64,000 nucleotides of DNA from sequence record NC_028894.1; one strand, given 5' to 3'. This DNA is from Escherichia phage vB_EcoM_VR20. The notes beneath the pieces are model-generated. The model did not search any database. It saw nothing but the letters and a program-made list of their open reading frames with translations, and had not been told where the DNA came from. Below, in pieces: positions 9,330 through 19,841 of this stretch. Positions within the stretch are counted from its first letter, which is position 1. Every line of letters starts with the position of its first letter. Position numbers and translations under genes: made by a program.

Positions 9330-10082
9330 ATGGCCAATATCGTAAGATGTGAAATGCCAGACGGAGTTCATCGTTTCAAACCGTTTACAGTCGCTGATTA
9401 CCGTGATTTACTGCTTGTGCGGAATGACATGAACAACAAACCCGTCGAAGAACAAAAACAATTATTAGACGAACTGTTGGAAGATTATTTTGGAGAGTAT
9501 CCGAAAGCATGGAGACCTTACATATTCCTGAAGGTATTCACTTCCTCTATCGGTAAGACAAAAGTCCCGGTAGCGTTCGAATGTCAAAAATGTAAAAAAA
9601 CAAAGCAGACTTTGTTTAACATGAGTCAAGGTCCATTGATAAATCCAACGATGGAAACTGCAGGGATAAAAATACAATTTAAGTTCCCTGAAATGGAATA
9701 TAAAGATAAGTCGGAGCTTGTTCTAAACACCATCCAGACTGTCGAAGACTCAGAACAAAAGTACAATTGGGAAGACCTTCCTGAAGAAACGAAGATGCAG
9801 GTTATTGATGCCATTGATATAGAGAGTCTCGAAGAGCTCCTTAAGAAAATGCATTCAGTTTATATTCCATTTACATATGGTTGCTGCGAAAAACACAAAA
9901 CCGAATATACAGACTTGATTGATGTCTTTAAGCTTATCCTTAACCCGGATGAAGTCTTTGTATTTTATCAAATTAACCACTTGCTGGTAAAGAACCAATA
10001 TACGCTCGATAGCATCATGCACATGATTCCCATCGAACGAGGTATTGCTTTATCGTTAGTTGAGAAGGACTTGAAAAAATGA
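9330..10082 (+). CDS. 51: Baseplate hub assembly catalyst gp51
   Basis: 250 aa (T4 249); position and order. Confidence 0.75.
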   Translation: MANIVRCEMPDGVHRFKPFTVADYRDLLLVRNDMNNKPVEEQKQLLDELLEDYFGEYPKAWRPYIFLKVFTSSIGKTKVPVAFECQKCKKTKQTLFNMSQGPLINPTMETAGIKIQFKFPEMEYKDKSELVLNTIQTVEDSEQKYNWEDLPEETKMQVIDAIDIESLEELLKKMHSVYIPFTYGCCEKHKTEYTDLIDVFKLILNPDEVFVFYQINHLLVKNQYTLDSIMHMIPIERGIALSLVEKDLKK

Positions 10083-11248
10083 CAGCTAAATCTATGCAGC
10101 GTGAAGGCTTTCCTAATATCAGCATACGCCTTTACGAAGATTATGATGCCTGGCTCGAACACCGTTTTGTAGAACTGGCTGCAACATTTACAACCATGAC
10201 CATGCGTGATTCTCTTTACGGAAGAAACGAAGGCCTGTTGCAATTCTACGACACAAAGAACTTGCATACAAAAATGAACGGTGAACAAATTATACAAGTC
10301 TCCGTTAAGAATGCCAACTCAGACCGAACCCAATCCAGGATATACGGAAGTAAGCACTTTGCTGTTTCCGTGGATTCAAAGGGTGATAACATAATTACAA
10401 TTCAGCTGGCACCGATTCATGAAATTGAAGACCTGAAATTTAGTCGTATGTTTTATCCGAGTGTGCAAGAAACATTGGTCGAAATGACCGGGGTAATTTA
10501 TCAGGACAGACCTTTGCTTGCTCCTCCGATAAACGGTATAAACGTTTATGCTCCTAATGTTCCATGGTGTGATTCGATGAGCCAATACATGGAATTCATT
10601 AGGGAAGTTGGGCTTGCAGTTGAATCTGATAAATTTGTATTTGTATGGCAGGATATCGACGGCATAAGTATCCAGGATTATGAATGGTTAACTACACAAG
10701 AACCAATTAATTTTGTAGTAGGGGAACCTCGATTGGTTGGTCAGTTTGTACAAAACCTCGAGACTCCATTGGCATTCGATTTCGAATGGTTAACAAAGGC
10801 AAACCAACACACAAGAAAACCATACGAAAACGCAACCGTGTACGCACATTCATTCCTTGATAAGAACGCAACCAGAATAACTTTTGGGGAAGGACAAAAC
10901 AGCATTCTGGTATCTCGTTCCGGTGGCTATTCGGATTACACATATCGAAATGGTTTCGAGGAAGCACAACGATTAATAACCATGTCACAATATGACGGTT
11001 ATGCGCATTGCAAAACATACGGGAACTTTGAATTAACTCCGGGCGATAAGATAAATTTCTATGACCCGAAGAACCAATTCAAATATGATTTTTACGTAGA
11101 CGAAGTTATTCATGAAGTGAGTAACAATACATCAATTACAAACCTCTATATGTTTACCAATGGTAAGCCTATCGAAGTTGAAGAACCACCGAAGGTTAAA
11201 AATGAACTTAAAACTGATTCTGCCGACGAAGAAAATACAGCTGGGTGA
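10079..11248 (+). CDS. 27: Baseplate hub subunit gp27
   Basis: 389 aa (T4 391); ATGA overlap with gene 51. Confidence 0.8.
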   Translation: MTAKSMQREGFPNISIRLYEDYDAWLEHRFVELAATFTTMTMRDSLYGRNEGLLQFYDTKNLHTKMNGEQIIQVSVKNANSDRTQSRIYGSKHFAVSVDSKGDNIITIQLAPIHEIEDLKFSRMFYPSVQETLVEMTGVIYQDRPLLAPPINGINVYAPNVPWCDSMSQYMEFIREVGLAVESDKFVFVWQDIDGISIQDYEWLTTQEPINFVVGEPRLVGQFVQNLETPLAFDFEWLTKANQHTRKPYENATVYAHSFLDKNATRITFGEGQNSILVSRSGGYSDYTYRNGFEEAQRLITMSQYDGYAHCKTYGNFELTPGDKINFYDPKNQFKYDFYVDEVIHEVSNNTSITNLYMFTNGKPIEVEEPPKVKNELKTDSADEENTAG

Positions 11249-11720
11249 TAAAGAGATTCACGTTCCCAAGCTTGGACTCAAGCATCACAATCTGATTAAA
11301 AACGAACCTAATCCTTATGTTGCATTAAGAAAGATTATGCAATCGATATTCCCTAATCTTACAGCAGCCGAATCCGACTTTGTATCTTTACATCTTCTGG
11401 AATTCAATGGTAAGCTAAAAGACAAACGCGAGATTAATGGATTTACATATAAGCTGGATGATGTTTATATCTGTCAGCGCCTTGAATTCTCTTATCAAGG
11501 AAAGACATTTAAATTCCGCTCCAATAAACCGTATGAAGAATTCGGACCAGTTGACAATCTCCTGGAGACCCTTTATCTCGGGGAAGATGTTCCAGACTTT
11601 CTGGATATGCCTGCTTTTGTTGCTAAGTGGGCAGACGATATCACAAGCACATTAGCAATCCCGGGTCCGAATGGTCCTGTTAAGGGGTTACTGAAAATAA
11701 TGGAACTCCTAAATGAATAA
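11202..11720 (+). CDS. 28: Baseplate hub distal subunit gp28
   Basis: Internal ATG with GAAGG Shine-Dalgarno gives 172 aa (T4 177); overlaps the end of gene 27. Confidence 0.7.
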   Translation: MNLKLILPTKKIQLGDKEIHVPKLGLKHHNLIKNEPNPYVALRKIMQSIFPNLTAAESDFVSLHLLEFNGKLKDKREINGFTYKLDDVYICQRLEFSYQGKTFKFRSNKPYEEFGPVDNLLETLYLGEDVPDFLDMPAFVAKWADDITSTLAIPGPNGPVKGLLKIMELLNE

Positions 11721-13458
11721 GAACTCCGAACAAACGAGCTTCAGACGCGGTGGACCTAATAAAAAGCTTATCGAAGAATTAGCACCACAAAGGAGGGCGG
11801 AAGCCCTCTCTGCTGAACAGAATGATGAATTATCGAATCTGAATACAACTCTTACAAATACTCAAGCTGCAACCGAACTTGTGTCGGAAGCTATTGAGGA
11901 TAAGGGTAATCAGATTATTGAGAATATCCAGACCAACAATGGGGTCCTCCAGGATATCAGTGCGGGGGTCGAACTGACGGCTGAAGCCACCGAGAAGACT
12001 CAACAAGGGATTAAAAACCTCACGGATATTCTCTCGGATAAGCTCGACAAACTCAGCGCAATGATAAGCGGTAAAATAGGCGTCACGTCTCCTGTGGCTG
12101 GTTCTGAAAGCCTTAAACCTGTGGAGGACGCACTACCAGAGCCTGAAGAGAATAAGCCCACAGCGAGCGTTCCAGCGCTCATACCGCCAGAAGAACAAAA
12201 GCCCGACGCTGACTTCATTCCGGAACCAGAGCAACCAAAAACCGATGCAGAAGGTAAAGAGACTAATACCTGGTCACTTGGCGATAAGCTTGACACACTT
12301 TCGAAGATAACCGAAAAAGGATTTAAGGCATCGATTTCTGTAGCTGACCGAATCTCCGGGATGCTGTTCAAATATACAATTACGGCAGCAGCCGAAGCAG
12401 CCAAGCTTATTGGTGGATTATTGTTGTTAGTATTCGGTATCGATGCGATACGAGTTTACTTCCAATATTTCATGAAGCAATTCGAAAAAGGATGGGCCGA
12501 ATTTAATGACAAGTTCAAAGAATGGGGACCGTTGCTCGAAGGACTAATGACTTGGGCTAAGAACGCGCAAGCGATGTTTAGTGAAAAGAATTGGTTGGGA
12601 TTAGCTGAAGCTATTATCCGTGGGATGGTCAACTTAACGAAGAACATGGCTCAACTTCTTATGCTTGGTATTTCGAAACTGATTTCAGCTATCTTAAGCA
12701 AAATCCCTGGGATGGGCGATTTAGCAGATAATGTGGAAGCCTCAGCTTTGATGTCTTATCAGCAAAATACAGGGGCAACTCTGGATGATGAAGACCAAAC
12801 CAAGATAGCAAAATATCATGACAAACGTTCGGCCGAAGCAATGGAAGCTGCAGAGAAGATGAATAAGAAGTATAAGGATAAACCTGAACTAATTAATCAA
12901 GCCGAAAAATATGGTAACCTTACCAAGGAGCAAGCTGACCAGCTTCGCGCGGGTGGTATTGACACAAGCTTCAGAGACCTTCCAGAAGAAGAACGTCTGG
13001 ACTATTTCAAGAAGCGTGACAAAGCACAGGCTGATATTATTCGTTTGACCCAAACTGCGGATAACTTAATGAAGCCAGACGCAACCGATAAAAAGAATGC
13101 GATGGAAATGAGAGCTAACATTGAAAAACAATTAGCTGACCCAGCTATGGCAAAAGGTGGAGCTCCGAAAGACCTGAATATGCGCGCCCTGTTGGAAAAA
13201 CTTGATAAGTCTCTTGAGAAGTTCAAAGACGAACCGAAAGTTAAACCGCCGGATGTTAAGACTTCTCCGGATGCACAACAAGCTGCGAAGGTTGACGAAG
13301 GCATGAAGGCCAAAGAAAATAAATACAAGGATGCACCAGCTCAGGCACAAATTAACACGGTCAATAATATTCAGAAGACTTCCAGGACGCAATACAATAT
13401 GCCTCCTCAAAGTTCAACCCCTGCCCCTGGCATGAGACAGGCCACGAGAATTAACTAA
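11713..13458 (+). CDS. 29: Baseplate hub and tail length determinator gp29
   Basis: 581 aa (T4 590); position between 28 and 48. Confidence 0.8.
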   Translation: MNKNSEQTSFRRGGPNKKLIEELAPQRRAEALSAEQNDELSNLNTTLTNTQAATELVSEAIEDKGNQIIENIQTNNGVLQDISAGVELTAEATEKTQQGIKNLTDILSDKLDKLSAMISGKIGVTSPVAGSESLKPVEDALPEPEENKPTASVPALIPPEEQKPDADFIPEPEQPKTDAEGKETNTWSLGDKLDTLSKITEKGFKASISVADRISGMLFKYTITAAAEAAKLIGGLLLLVFGIDAIRVYFQYFMKQFEKGWAEFNDKFKEWGPLLEGLMTWAKNAQAMFSEKNWLGLAEAIIRGMVNLTKNMAQLLMLGISKLISAILSKIPGMGDLADNVEASALMSYQQNTGATLDDEDQTKIAKYHDKRSAEAMEAAEKMNKKYKDKPELINQAEKYGNLTKEQADQLRAGGIDTSFRDLPEEERLDYFKKRDKAQADIIRLTQTADNLMKPDATDKKNAMEMRANIEKQLADPAMAKGGAPKDLNMRALLEKLDKSLEKFKDEPKVKPPDVKTSPDAQQAAKVDEGMKAKENKYKDAPAQAQINTVNNIQKTSRTQYNMPPQSSTPAPGMRQATRIN

Positions 13459-13466
13459 GGAATAAC

Positions 13467-14561
13467 ATGAAAGTAAAAGAACTCGATATTGATATTGCGG
13501 GTTTATTTAACGGAGGTTCTAAGACCTCCGCTGGGCAGTCAAAAGCTGCCCAGACTCAAGCTACTATTGTGGCGCAATATCCAGCAGAACGAGCTTCCGG
13601 TAATGATTCTTCAGATGATATGCGAGTTAATGACCTTTATAAAAATGGTCTGTTATTCACGGCATACAATTTCAGTTCAAGAACATCTCCGGAATTACGC
13701 TCAGACAGGTCAAGCCAATTGACTTCATTAAAGAAAGTTTCCAATGGTGCTTCATTTAACCCGGTTAAAAGTTTAACATCTTTTGCTAAATCGAAATTAA
13801 CCGGTGCTGGGTCAACAGGTAAAAGTTTTGATTCAAACGCTGTCGCAAATATCCTGTTGCCTCGTTCGAAGTCTGATGTAGAATCCGTGTCGCATCGATT
13901 CAACGATGTTGGTGAGTCTCTTATTACGAAAGGCGGTGGCTCAGCTACTGGTATTCTTAGTAACATCGCATCGACCGCAGTTTTTGGTGCACTCGAATCA
14001 GTTACAAACGGTGTAATGGCCGACCATGGTGAACAGATTTACACAACGGCAAGAAGCATGTATGCTGGTCCAGATAACCGGACAAAAGTTTACACATGGG
14101 AAATGACTCCACGTTCGGCCCAGGACTTAATCCAGATAGTGAAGATATACGAGATTTTTAACTATTACTCCTATGGGGAAACCGGTAAAAGTTCGTTTGC
14201 TTCCGAGCTGAAAGAAAAAATCGATACATGGTATAAATCCACCTTCAAAAAAGAAGCAATCGATAACTTTGACGGCAAGTTGCTCGGTGAAGAGATAACA
14301 AGCTTCCTAACGAACGTTCTGGTGGTCTCTAACCCTACTATCTGGTATATCCGCAACTTCGGCGATACAAGCTCGTACGATGGTCGTGGGGAGCTATTTG
14401 GGCCGTGTCAGATTCAGAGCATAAGATTCGATAAATCTCCGGATGGTCATTTCGGTGGATTAGCTATTGCTCCTAACCTGCCATCGACTTTTGTACTTGA
14501 AATCACTTTCCGTGAAATCATTACGCTTAACCGTGGCTCATTATATGCGGAAGGTTTCTAA
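13467..14561 (+). CDS. 48: Baseplate tail tube cap gp48
   Basis: 364 aa, same as T4 gp48. Confidence 0.85.
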   Translation: MKVKELDIDIAGLFNGGSKTSAGQSKAAQTQATIVAQYPAERASGNDSSDDMRVNDLYKNGLLFTAYNFSSRTSPELRSDRSSQLTSLKKVSNGASFNPVKSLTSFAKSKLTGAGSTGKSFDSNAVANILLPRSKSDVESVSHRFNDVGESLITKGGGSATGILSNIASTAVFGALESVTNGVMADHGEQIYTTARSMYAGPDNRTKVYTWEMTPRSAQDLIQIVKIYEIFNYYSYGETGKSSFASELKEKIDTWYKSTFKKEAIDNFDGKLLGEEITSFLTNVLVVSNPTIWYIRNFGDTSSYDGRGELFGPCQIQSIRFDKSPDGHFGGLAIAPNLPSTFVLEITFREIITLNRGSLYAEGF

Positions 14562-15520
14562 TGTTTACTTTACAAGAATTTCAAACACAAGCGATTAATA
14601 TCGACTTGCAGAGGAATAACCTTTTTAGTGTGGTCTTCGCGACCGCACCTTCCTCTAAATCTCAGAATCTTCTGGACCAGTTTGGTGGCGCATTATTCAG
14701 TAACCTTCCTGTTAACTCAGATTGGTTCGGATTAACACAAGGTGACTTAACTCAGGGGATAACAACTCTTGTTACTGCCGGGACACAAAAGCTTATTCGC
14801 AAATCAGGGATAAGCAAATATCTTATTGGGGCAATGAGTAACCGTGTTGTGCAATCATTATTAGGTGAATTTGAGGTTGGTACTTACCTGCTTGATTTCT
14901 TTAATATGGCTTATCCAACGGCTGGTCTATTAGTTCACTCTGTTAAGCTTCCGGATAACACATTGAACTACGAAATGGACCTTAACCATAATGCGCCAAA
15001 TATCAAGATAACAGGGAGAGAATATTCTCCGTTGGTATTGAGCTTTAGAATGGATTCAGAGGCAGGGAACTTCAGAGCATTTAACGATTGGGTTAACTCT
15101 GTACAGGACCCAGTTACCCAGCTAAGGGCTTTGCCTGAAGACGTTGAAGCTGATATTCAGGTTAACCTTCATTCGCGTAATGGGTTACCGCATACGGTTG
15201 TTATGTTAACTGGTTGTGTTCCTGTAAGTGTATCAGCGCCTGAATTGAGTTATGAAGGTGATAATCAGATAGCTACATTTGATGTGACTTTTGCTTATCG
15301 CGTTATGTCAACTGGTGCGGTGGGAAGAGCTGCAGCATTGGAATGGTTGGAAGATAAGGTTATTAAAGGTGTATCTGGTATTAGTTCAGATAACAACTTG
15401 AACGCAGAAGTTGCCAAATTGAGTCGCTTGTCTGGTGCTCAATCTGGATTAACAAGTCTATACAATACGTTTACTGGTTCTGGGAGAACAGTCTCTGGTG
15501 GAAGTCAACGTATATTATAA
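14561..15520 (+). CDS. 54: Baseplate tail tube initiator gp54
   Basis: 319 aa (T4 320); paralogous to gp48 and gp19. Confidence 0.85.
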   Translation: MFTLQEFQTQAINIDLQRNNLFSVVFATAPSSKSQNLLDQFGGALFSNLPVNSDWFGLTQGDLTQGITTLVTAGTQKLIRKSGISKYLIGAMSNRVVQSLLGEFEVGTYLLDFFNMAYPTAGLLVHSVKLPDNTLNYEMDLNHNAPNIKITGREYSPLVLSFRMDSEAGNFRAFNDWVNSVQDPVTQLRALPEDVEADIQVNLHSRNGLPHTVVMLTGCVPVSVSAPELSYEGDNQIATFDVTFAYRVMSTGAVGRAAALEWLEDKVIKGVSGISSDNNLNAEVAKLSRLSGAQSGLTSLYNTFTGSGRTVSGGSQRIL

Positions 15521-15549
15521 AAAGAAAGGGACCCGAAGGTCCCTTTTTT
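15520..15549. terminator. Bidirectional hairpin terminator between gene 54 and the alt block
   Basis: aaaagaaa-gggacccgaaggtccc-tttttt; A-run and T-run flank a perfect stem. Confidence 0.6.
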
Positions 15550-15838
15550 ATTTGCGGAATGAAATGAAACCTGCTGCAGTCATGACAGCTTCTTTCTTAA
15601 CAAATACTGTAATTGCAATTGGTGCTTCAGATTCAAGTTGTCCAGTTACTACACCATTAAAAATATTTTCTGTTTGTTCAGAATTTACAAAGTTTTCAAC
15701 AGGGCGAAGGTCAAACTTCTTATCTTCGCCAAACACGCGCCGCAGTTCATTACCCACTGCGCTGTCAAACTCTTCTGAAGCCGGGATAACATTCTCAACT
15801 ACCAGTTCCTGACCATTAAAGCGAAAAGATGATTTCAT
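15548..15838 (-). CDS. Hypothetical protein (T4 alt.-1 region)
   Basis: Internal ATG with GAGGAAAACAAA Shine-Dalgarno; early promoter GTTTACA-17-TACAAT upstream. Confidence 0.5.
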   Translation of the reverse strand: MKSSFRFNGQELVVENVIPASEEFDSAVGNELRRVFGEDKKFDLRPVENFVNSEQTENIFNGVVTGQLESEAPIAITVFVKKEAVMTAAGFISFRK

Positions 15839-15901
15839 TTTGTTTTCCTCATGTGCAATTGATATGAACATTGTATCGCACTTCCTTGTGCTTGTAAACC
15901 C

Positions 15902-17962
15902 CTACGAAAGGAATTTAGGAGGAATAGCTTCCAAATTAATACAACTAGCAAGAATACCAAGACCTTGATTGACTTTCTTCGTTACCCCAGAGGATGCAAA
16001 CGATGCAAAGTCAACAGATTCTACTGGCTCTTCTGTTTCCTCGCCCTGATAAACGACAAGCTCACCAGTTTCCATCAACACATCACCATCATAGATAACT
16101 GCATTTTCATCCAGTTGGTCCGTAGTCTGGATATCAGCTTCCAGCATTTTGACGTTCGCGTTTCCTTGATACGAAGCATCAGTAATTTTGGTAATCTTAA
16201 CTACAGTCCCACGAGGAAGAATAACTTCCTGCTCGGACGGGTTGCTTGACAATTCACCAGGAACAATTACGTTAATTAAGTCCGCCCCAGAAATTTTCCA
16301 ACCAACATGCATCATTACGTGGTCGCGGCGTGCATCCGGCATATCTGGTAAAACAATTTCGTCATCAGCCTGGAAAGATGTCCCATCACGATAGTCCTGA
16401 TGAACTGCAGCCATAGCAACGTTCGCCACCCAGCCACCAAAGATAATCGGTTTAAACGACGTTGATACATAGTTCCTGAAATAAAATAATTTAGATTTCT
16501 TAATTTTATCAAATGTAGGAACGTTTAAATATTGACCACGCCAAAGAGTTGTATTAGGCGGCAACTTATGTCCAATTTCAAAGGCCGAATCCAATTCCTT
16601 AATTGTTTCGACAACTCTGTCTAGATTTAGGAATTCAGCTTCTTCTTCATAATATTTGCCCATCAAATAATTATTAATATCGGCATAGTTTGCTCCACAA
16701 TAATCTGCAATTGCTTCTCGCTGGCCATAATGGAAACGGTTGTCAGTATACCCTGCTGTGAAATTAAGAGTATTTTCTGATGCTTCTTCGGCAAAGTCTT
16801 TAACTGCAACACGAATGGCGCTTGTGTATTCTTTTTCCCAGAGCGAGGCTGCATAAGTGGCTGCATCCAGGTTAGGAGGAGCATCATTCATTTTTCTTTC
16901 GATAAATGCGGCTTTGCGAAGGTTAAGAATCTCTGCACATGATTCGGCAAAAATCTGCATCTGCTTCATACTGCCAACAGGAGCACGTTTAAGTTCACGA
17001 TGCATACGGTTAAAAATTGGGTCAGAGTCTTCAATACGAATTTCTTCTTTCCAAACACCATTTGCTCGCATAGCCGCATCTGCTGCGCGCATACGAGCCA
17101 TAGTATTCGTTTCGGAAGGTCGAACAAAAATTTCCAGTTCTTCATAATCATCGATAAGTTCTGCCGTAGCCGGTCGACTAAACTTAGCAGCTTCTGCATC
17201 AATTTCGTCCCAGCCATCGGGCACGGAATCACTTGGAGCATACTGGGCTTGTGCAATAGCTCGGCGACTGATTTTAGTTTTCTGGGCAACAGCAGCATCG
17301 GTCTTTTTGTTTGCTGCGTCAATCAGAACTTCGGCTGCGATTTCTTGTTTGGAGACTTGTGCGCCTGTATCTTTATTAGTGAATACATCGCCAACTTTAG
17401 TTTCAACTTTTTGATATTTCTCAGGGACTGGTGGCATACCATCAACCGAAAGCAGGTCAACACCCTTTTTGTACATAATTACATAAGCGTTCTTTTTACC
17501 GAGGCCAGAAGCATTCGGAAGAACATGATAACGCCCGCTGGTTTTCATTTGAATCAGTCGATTCATAATACGAATAACAGCTTGGTCTTGCCCTTTCATT
17601 TTTTTGGATGGGAAACGGAACAAGACTACATCAGGTTTGCCTAGTTTAATGCTTTCCCAGACTGTAACAAAAATCAGGTTAATCGCATCAAGAGGTTTTT
17701 CACCTAGACCACCCTTCAGAGGAACAGCATGGCCATGTGAAGTCCCGGAGAGCAGGAATACCTCGGCAATTGCATCGCCGCGTTTATATTGTTTAACTGT
17801 TTCTTTGCCCGTGAATTGCATCAAACGGGCCATAAGAGAATTGGTCCCAGGAACACCGAATTGCCAAACCTGTGGGACCTTGTATTTCGGATTCATATTA
17901 ATGACAGGATAACCGAAGGCTTCGATATATTTGTCAAAGAGTTCATTTAATTGTTCAGACAT
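15902..17962 (-). CDS. alt: Alt, ADP-ribosyltransferase packaged in the head
   Basis: 686 aa (T4 682); position between gene 54 and gene 30. Confidence 0.75.
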   Translation of the reverse strand: MSEQLNELFDKYIEAFGYPVINMNPKYKVPQVWQFGVPGTNSLMARLMQFTGKETVKQYKRGDAIAEVFLLSGTSHGHAVPLKGGLGEKPLDAINLIFVTVWESIKLGKPDVVLFRFPSKKMKGQDQAVIRIMNRLIQMKTSGRYHVLPNASGLGKKNAYVIMYKKGVDLLSVDGMPPVPEKYQKVETKVGDVFTNKDTGAQVSKQEIAAEVLIDAANKKTDAAVAQKTKISRRAIAQAQYAPSDSVPDGWDEIDAEAAKFSRPATAELIDDYEELEIFVRPSETNTMARMRAADAAMRANGVWKEEIRIEDSDPIFNRMHRELKRAPVGSMKQMQIFAESCAEILNLRKAAFIERKMNDAPPNLDAATYAASLWEKEYTSAIRVAVKDFAEEASENTLNFTAGYTDNRFHYGQREAIADYCGANYADINNYLMGKYYEEEAEFLNLDRVVETIKELDSAFEIGHKLPPNTTLWRGQYLNVPTFDKIKKSKLFYFRNYVSTSFKPIIFGGWVANVAMAAVHQDYRDGTSFQADDEIVLPDMPDARRDHVMMHVGWKISGADLINVIVPGELSSNPSEQEVILPRGTVVKITKITDASYQGNANVKMLEADIQTTDQLDENAVIYDGDVLMETGELVVYQGEETEEPVESVDFASFASSGVTKKVNQGLGILASCINLEAIPPKFLS

Positions 17963-17987
17963 AATAGGTTCCTTATAAAATATGATG

Positions 17988-17995
17988 TATTTATA
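17988..17995 (-). promoter_or_regulatory. Late promoter TATAAATA upstream of alt
   Basis: Minus strand AGTATAAATACAT about 25 bp upstream of the alt ATG. Confidence 0.45.
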
Positions 17996-17996
17996 C

Positions 17997-18015
17997 TAAA
18001 AAAGGGCCGAAGCCC
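17997..18015 (-). terminator. UUCG hairpin terminator downstream of gene 30
   Basis: A-run, gggc-cgaa-gccc, then tttt. Confidence 0.55.
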
Positions 18016-18020
18016 TTTTG

Positions 18021-19553
18021 TTATTTTAATCCAGTCTTTGACCAGTCGCCAAATACATCTTCGAATGTGTCTGCATGGTCTTTATCGAAACGGAACCCTT
18101 TGATAATCGGCAGGAACAATGCAACCGTATTATCTTTACGAGTCTCGGAAGTCAACCAACCATTACATTCACAGTCGGCAATCATTCCAACCAATTCACC
18201 TTTACGGGCTTTAACCATCAAGGCTTCACGGTCCATTTCATGACGCTCCTCAATCGGAATAGTAACCCATTTTTTGGTTTTCTTATCTTTAACTTGAGTT
18301 GTGTCTTTAAAACCAGAACCACAGTTATTTGTAATCTTACCACAAGAAGAACGAAGCACAACACCACCAATCTTATTCGGGTCTTTATCGTGCTCGTAAT
18401 ATCCAATGATTTCCATTGCAATGTCAATTACTTCTTTGAACTTGTACAAGTTCTTTGAGCGCTTGTTTTCCCAAATCGATGCCATGTTCTTAAGGATAAT
18501 ACCTTCAAGACCTTCATCCACATATTTCTTATAGATAACCTTCGCTTCATCGAGATTGTTAACAACATGGTTTTCAATCAGAATCATGCGGTCAAAACCA
18601 TGCAGCACCACGTTATCTGCAATCATCTTTTCCAGAACAGCAAAACGCACATCGTATTTCAACGGATTGAGAATCTTAACATCAGAATAGACTTCAATCA
18701 GTGGAACATAATCCCAAACCTGGAATTTCATACAAGCAGCTTCTGTTGCCGAAATAGTTCCTTTCAATGATTTGTTTGCCAGACCATTTGAAAAGGTTCT
18801 TGATTCCGCAGTTTCTTGTGCAGGGGCAATCTCATTTGAATCGTCAAAAAGGAAGCCCAAACCGTCATTCTGGGGAGCTACTTTCTGTTCATGGTATACT
18901 AACTCACCGTCAATCAAAACGCCCTCAGGATGTCTCTCACGCGCTTCACGAGTAGCTTCAATCAATTCCTTTTTAAGGAGGTCAAGCTTGAGGTATTCGT
19001 TGCCAGCTCGGGATAACAATCGAACATCATCCAACTCATCGCCACGAACTTCTGCAAAACACCGAGCGCCGTCGGCTTTCAATTGTGCAAAGGCCGGGAA
19101 CTTAATGTTCTTGGCAATACCGGCTTCATCATAGGAAGAAGCGAGCATCTGCGGTTGTTCTGGAATTAAACCTTTCCAAACCTTATTTGCAATTGATACG
19201 GATGCCCCGCATTCCAGGTCACGCATCATCACACGGCGCAGGACTTCAACATCTGCTTTTTTACCATCGGCAATATAGCCAGATAATTCCTCGATTGCAG
19301 CATTACCTGTTAATTTACGAGAGGCCAATGTGAATTCGATAAAGTCAAGCATATCATCGATATTCAGCATACCAAAGCTTTGAGTCGTTGTTCCAGGTTT
19401 TGGCCATTTCTTGATATAGAACTGGATGCCTTTGGAATATGTCAAACGATACACACGTTTGAGGGTTTCATTGTCAGAATACGATTCCAGAATAGCTTGT
19501 TTCTCTTTAGTAGAATCGGTTGCAGCAATTTCATTTAAAATATCTAAAATCAT
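18021..19553 (-). CDS. 30: ATP-dependent DNA ligase gp30
   Basis: Adenylation motif KADGARC; strong recalled T4 ligase identity; ATG with AGAGGTGA Shine-Dalgarno. Confidence 0.9.
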   Translation of the reverse strand: MILDILNEIAATDSTKEKQAILESYSDNETLKRVYRLTYSKGIQFYIKKWPKPGTTTQSFGMLNIDDMLDFIEFTLASRKLTGNAAIEELSGYIADGKKADVEVLRRVMMRDLECGASVSIANKVWKGLIPEQPQMLASSYDEAGIAKNIKFPAFAQLKADGARCFAEVRGDELDDVRLLSRAGNEYLKLDLLKKELIEATREARERHPEGVLIDGELVYHEQKVAPQNDGLGFLFDDSNEIAPAQETAESRTFSNGLANKSLKGTISATEAACMKFQVWDYVPLIEVYSDVKILNPLKYDVRFAVLEKMIADNVVLHGFDRMILIENHVVNNLDEAKVIYKKYVDEGLEGIILKNMASIWENKRSKNLYKFKEVIDIAMEIIGYYEHDKDPNKIGGVVLRSSCGKITNNCGSGFKDTTQVKDKKTKKWVTIPIEERHEMDREALMVKARKGELVGMIADCECNGWLTSETRKDNTVALFLPIIKGFRFDKDHADTFEDVFGDWSKTGLK

Positions 19554-19562
19554 AATCACCTC

Positions 19563-19841
19563 TTAGTCGTTGGCTCTATTATATGCCACATCTTCCAAAA
19601 GCAAATCCAGACGCTTATGATAAGAGAACACAAATCTCATTCGCCCATCTGGTTTAAACTTAGACATAAAGTGAACATAGATAAACCCTTGCTCAACGCA
19701 TTCACGCCAAACCGGATGGTCTTTGGCTGGGTTAATATCAAACGAGTAATCATGATTCACATGACGAATAAACTGATTAACATGGCCATAATCCATGGTA
19801 GTAGTAGGACCGTAATCAGAAATAGTATGAACGACAAACAT
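19563..19841 (-). CDS. Hypothetical protein (T4 30.1 position)
   Basis: 92 aa; ATGA overlap with the upstream gene. Confidence 0.5.
   Translation of the reverse strand: MFVVHTISDYGPTTTMDYGHVNQFIRHVNHDYSFDINPAKDHPVWRECVEQGFIYVHFMSKFKPDGRMRFVFSYHKRLDLLLEDVAYNRAND

Noticed and set aside
17000-17644. 214-aa plus-strand ORF
   Set aside because: Lies inside alt on the opposite strand; composition typical of an antisense frame.
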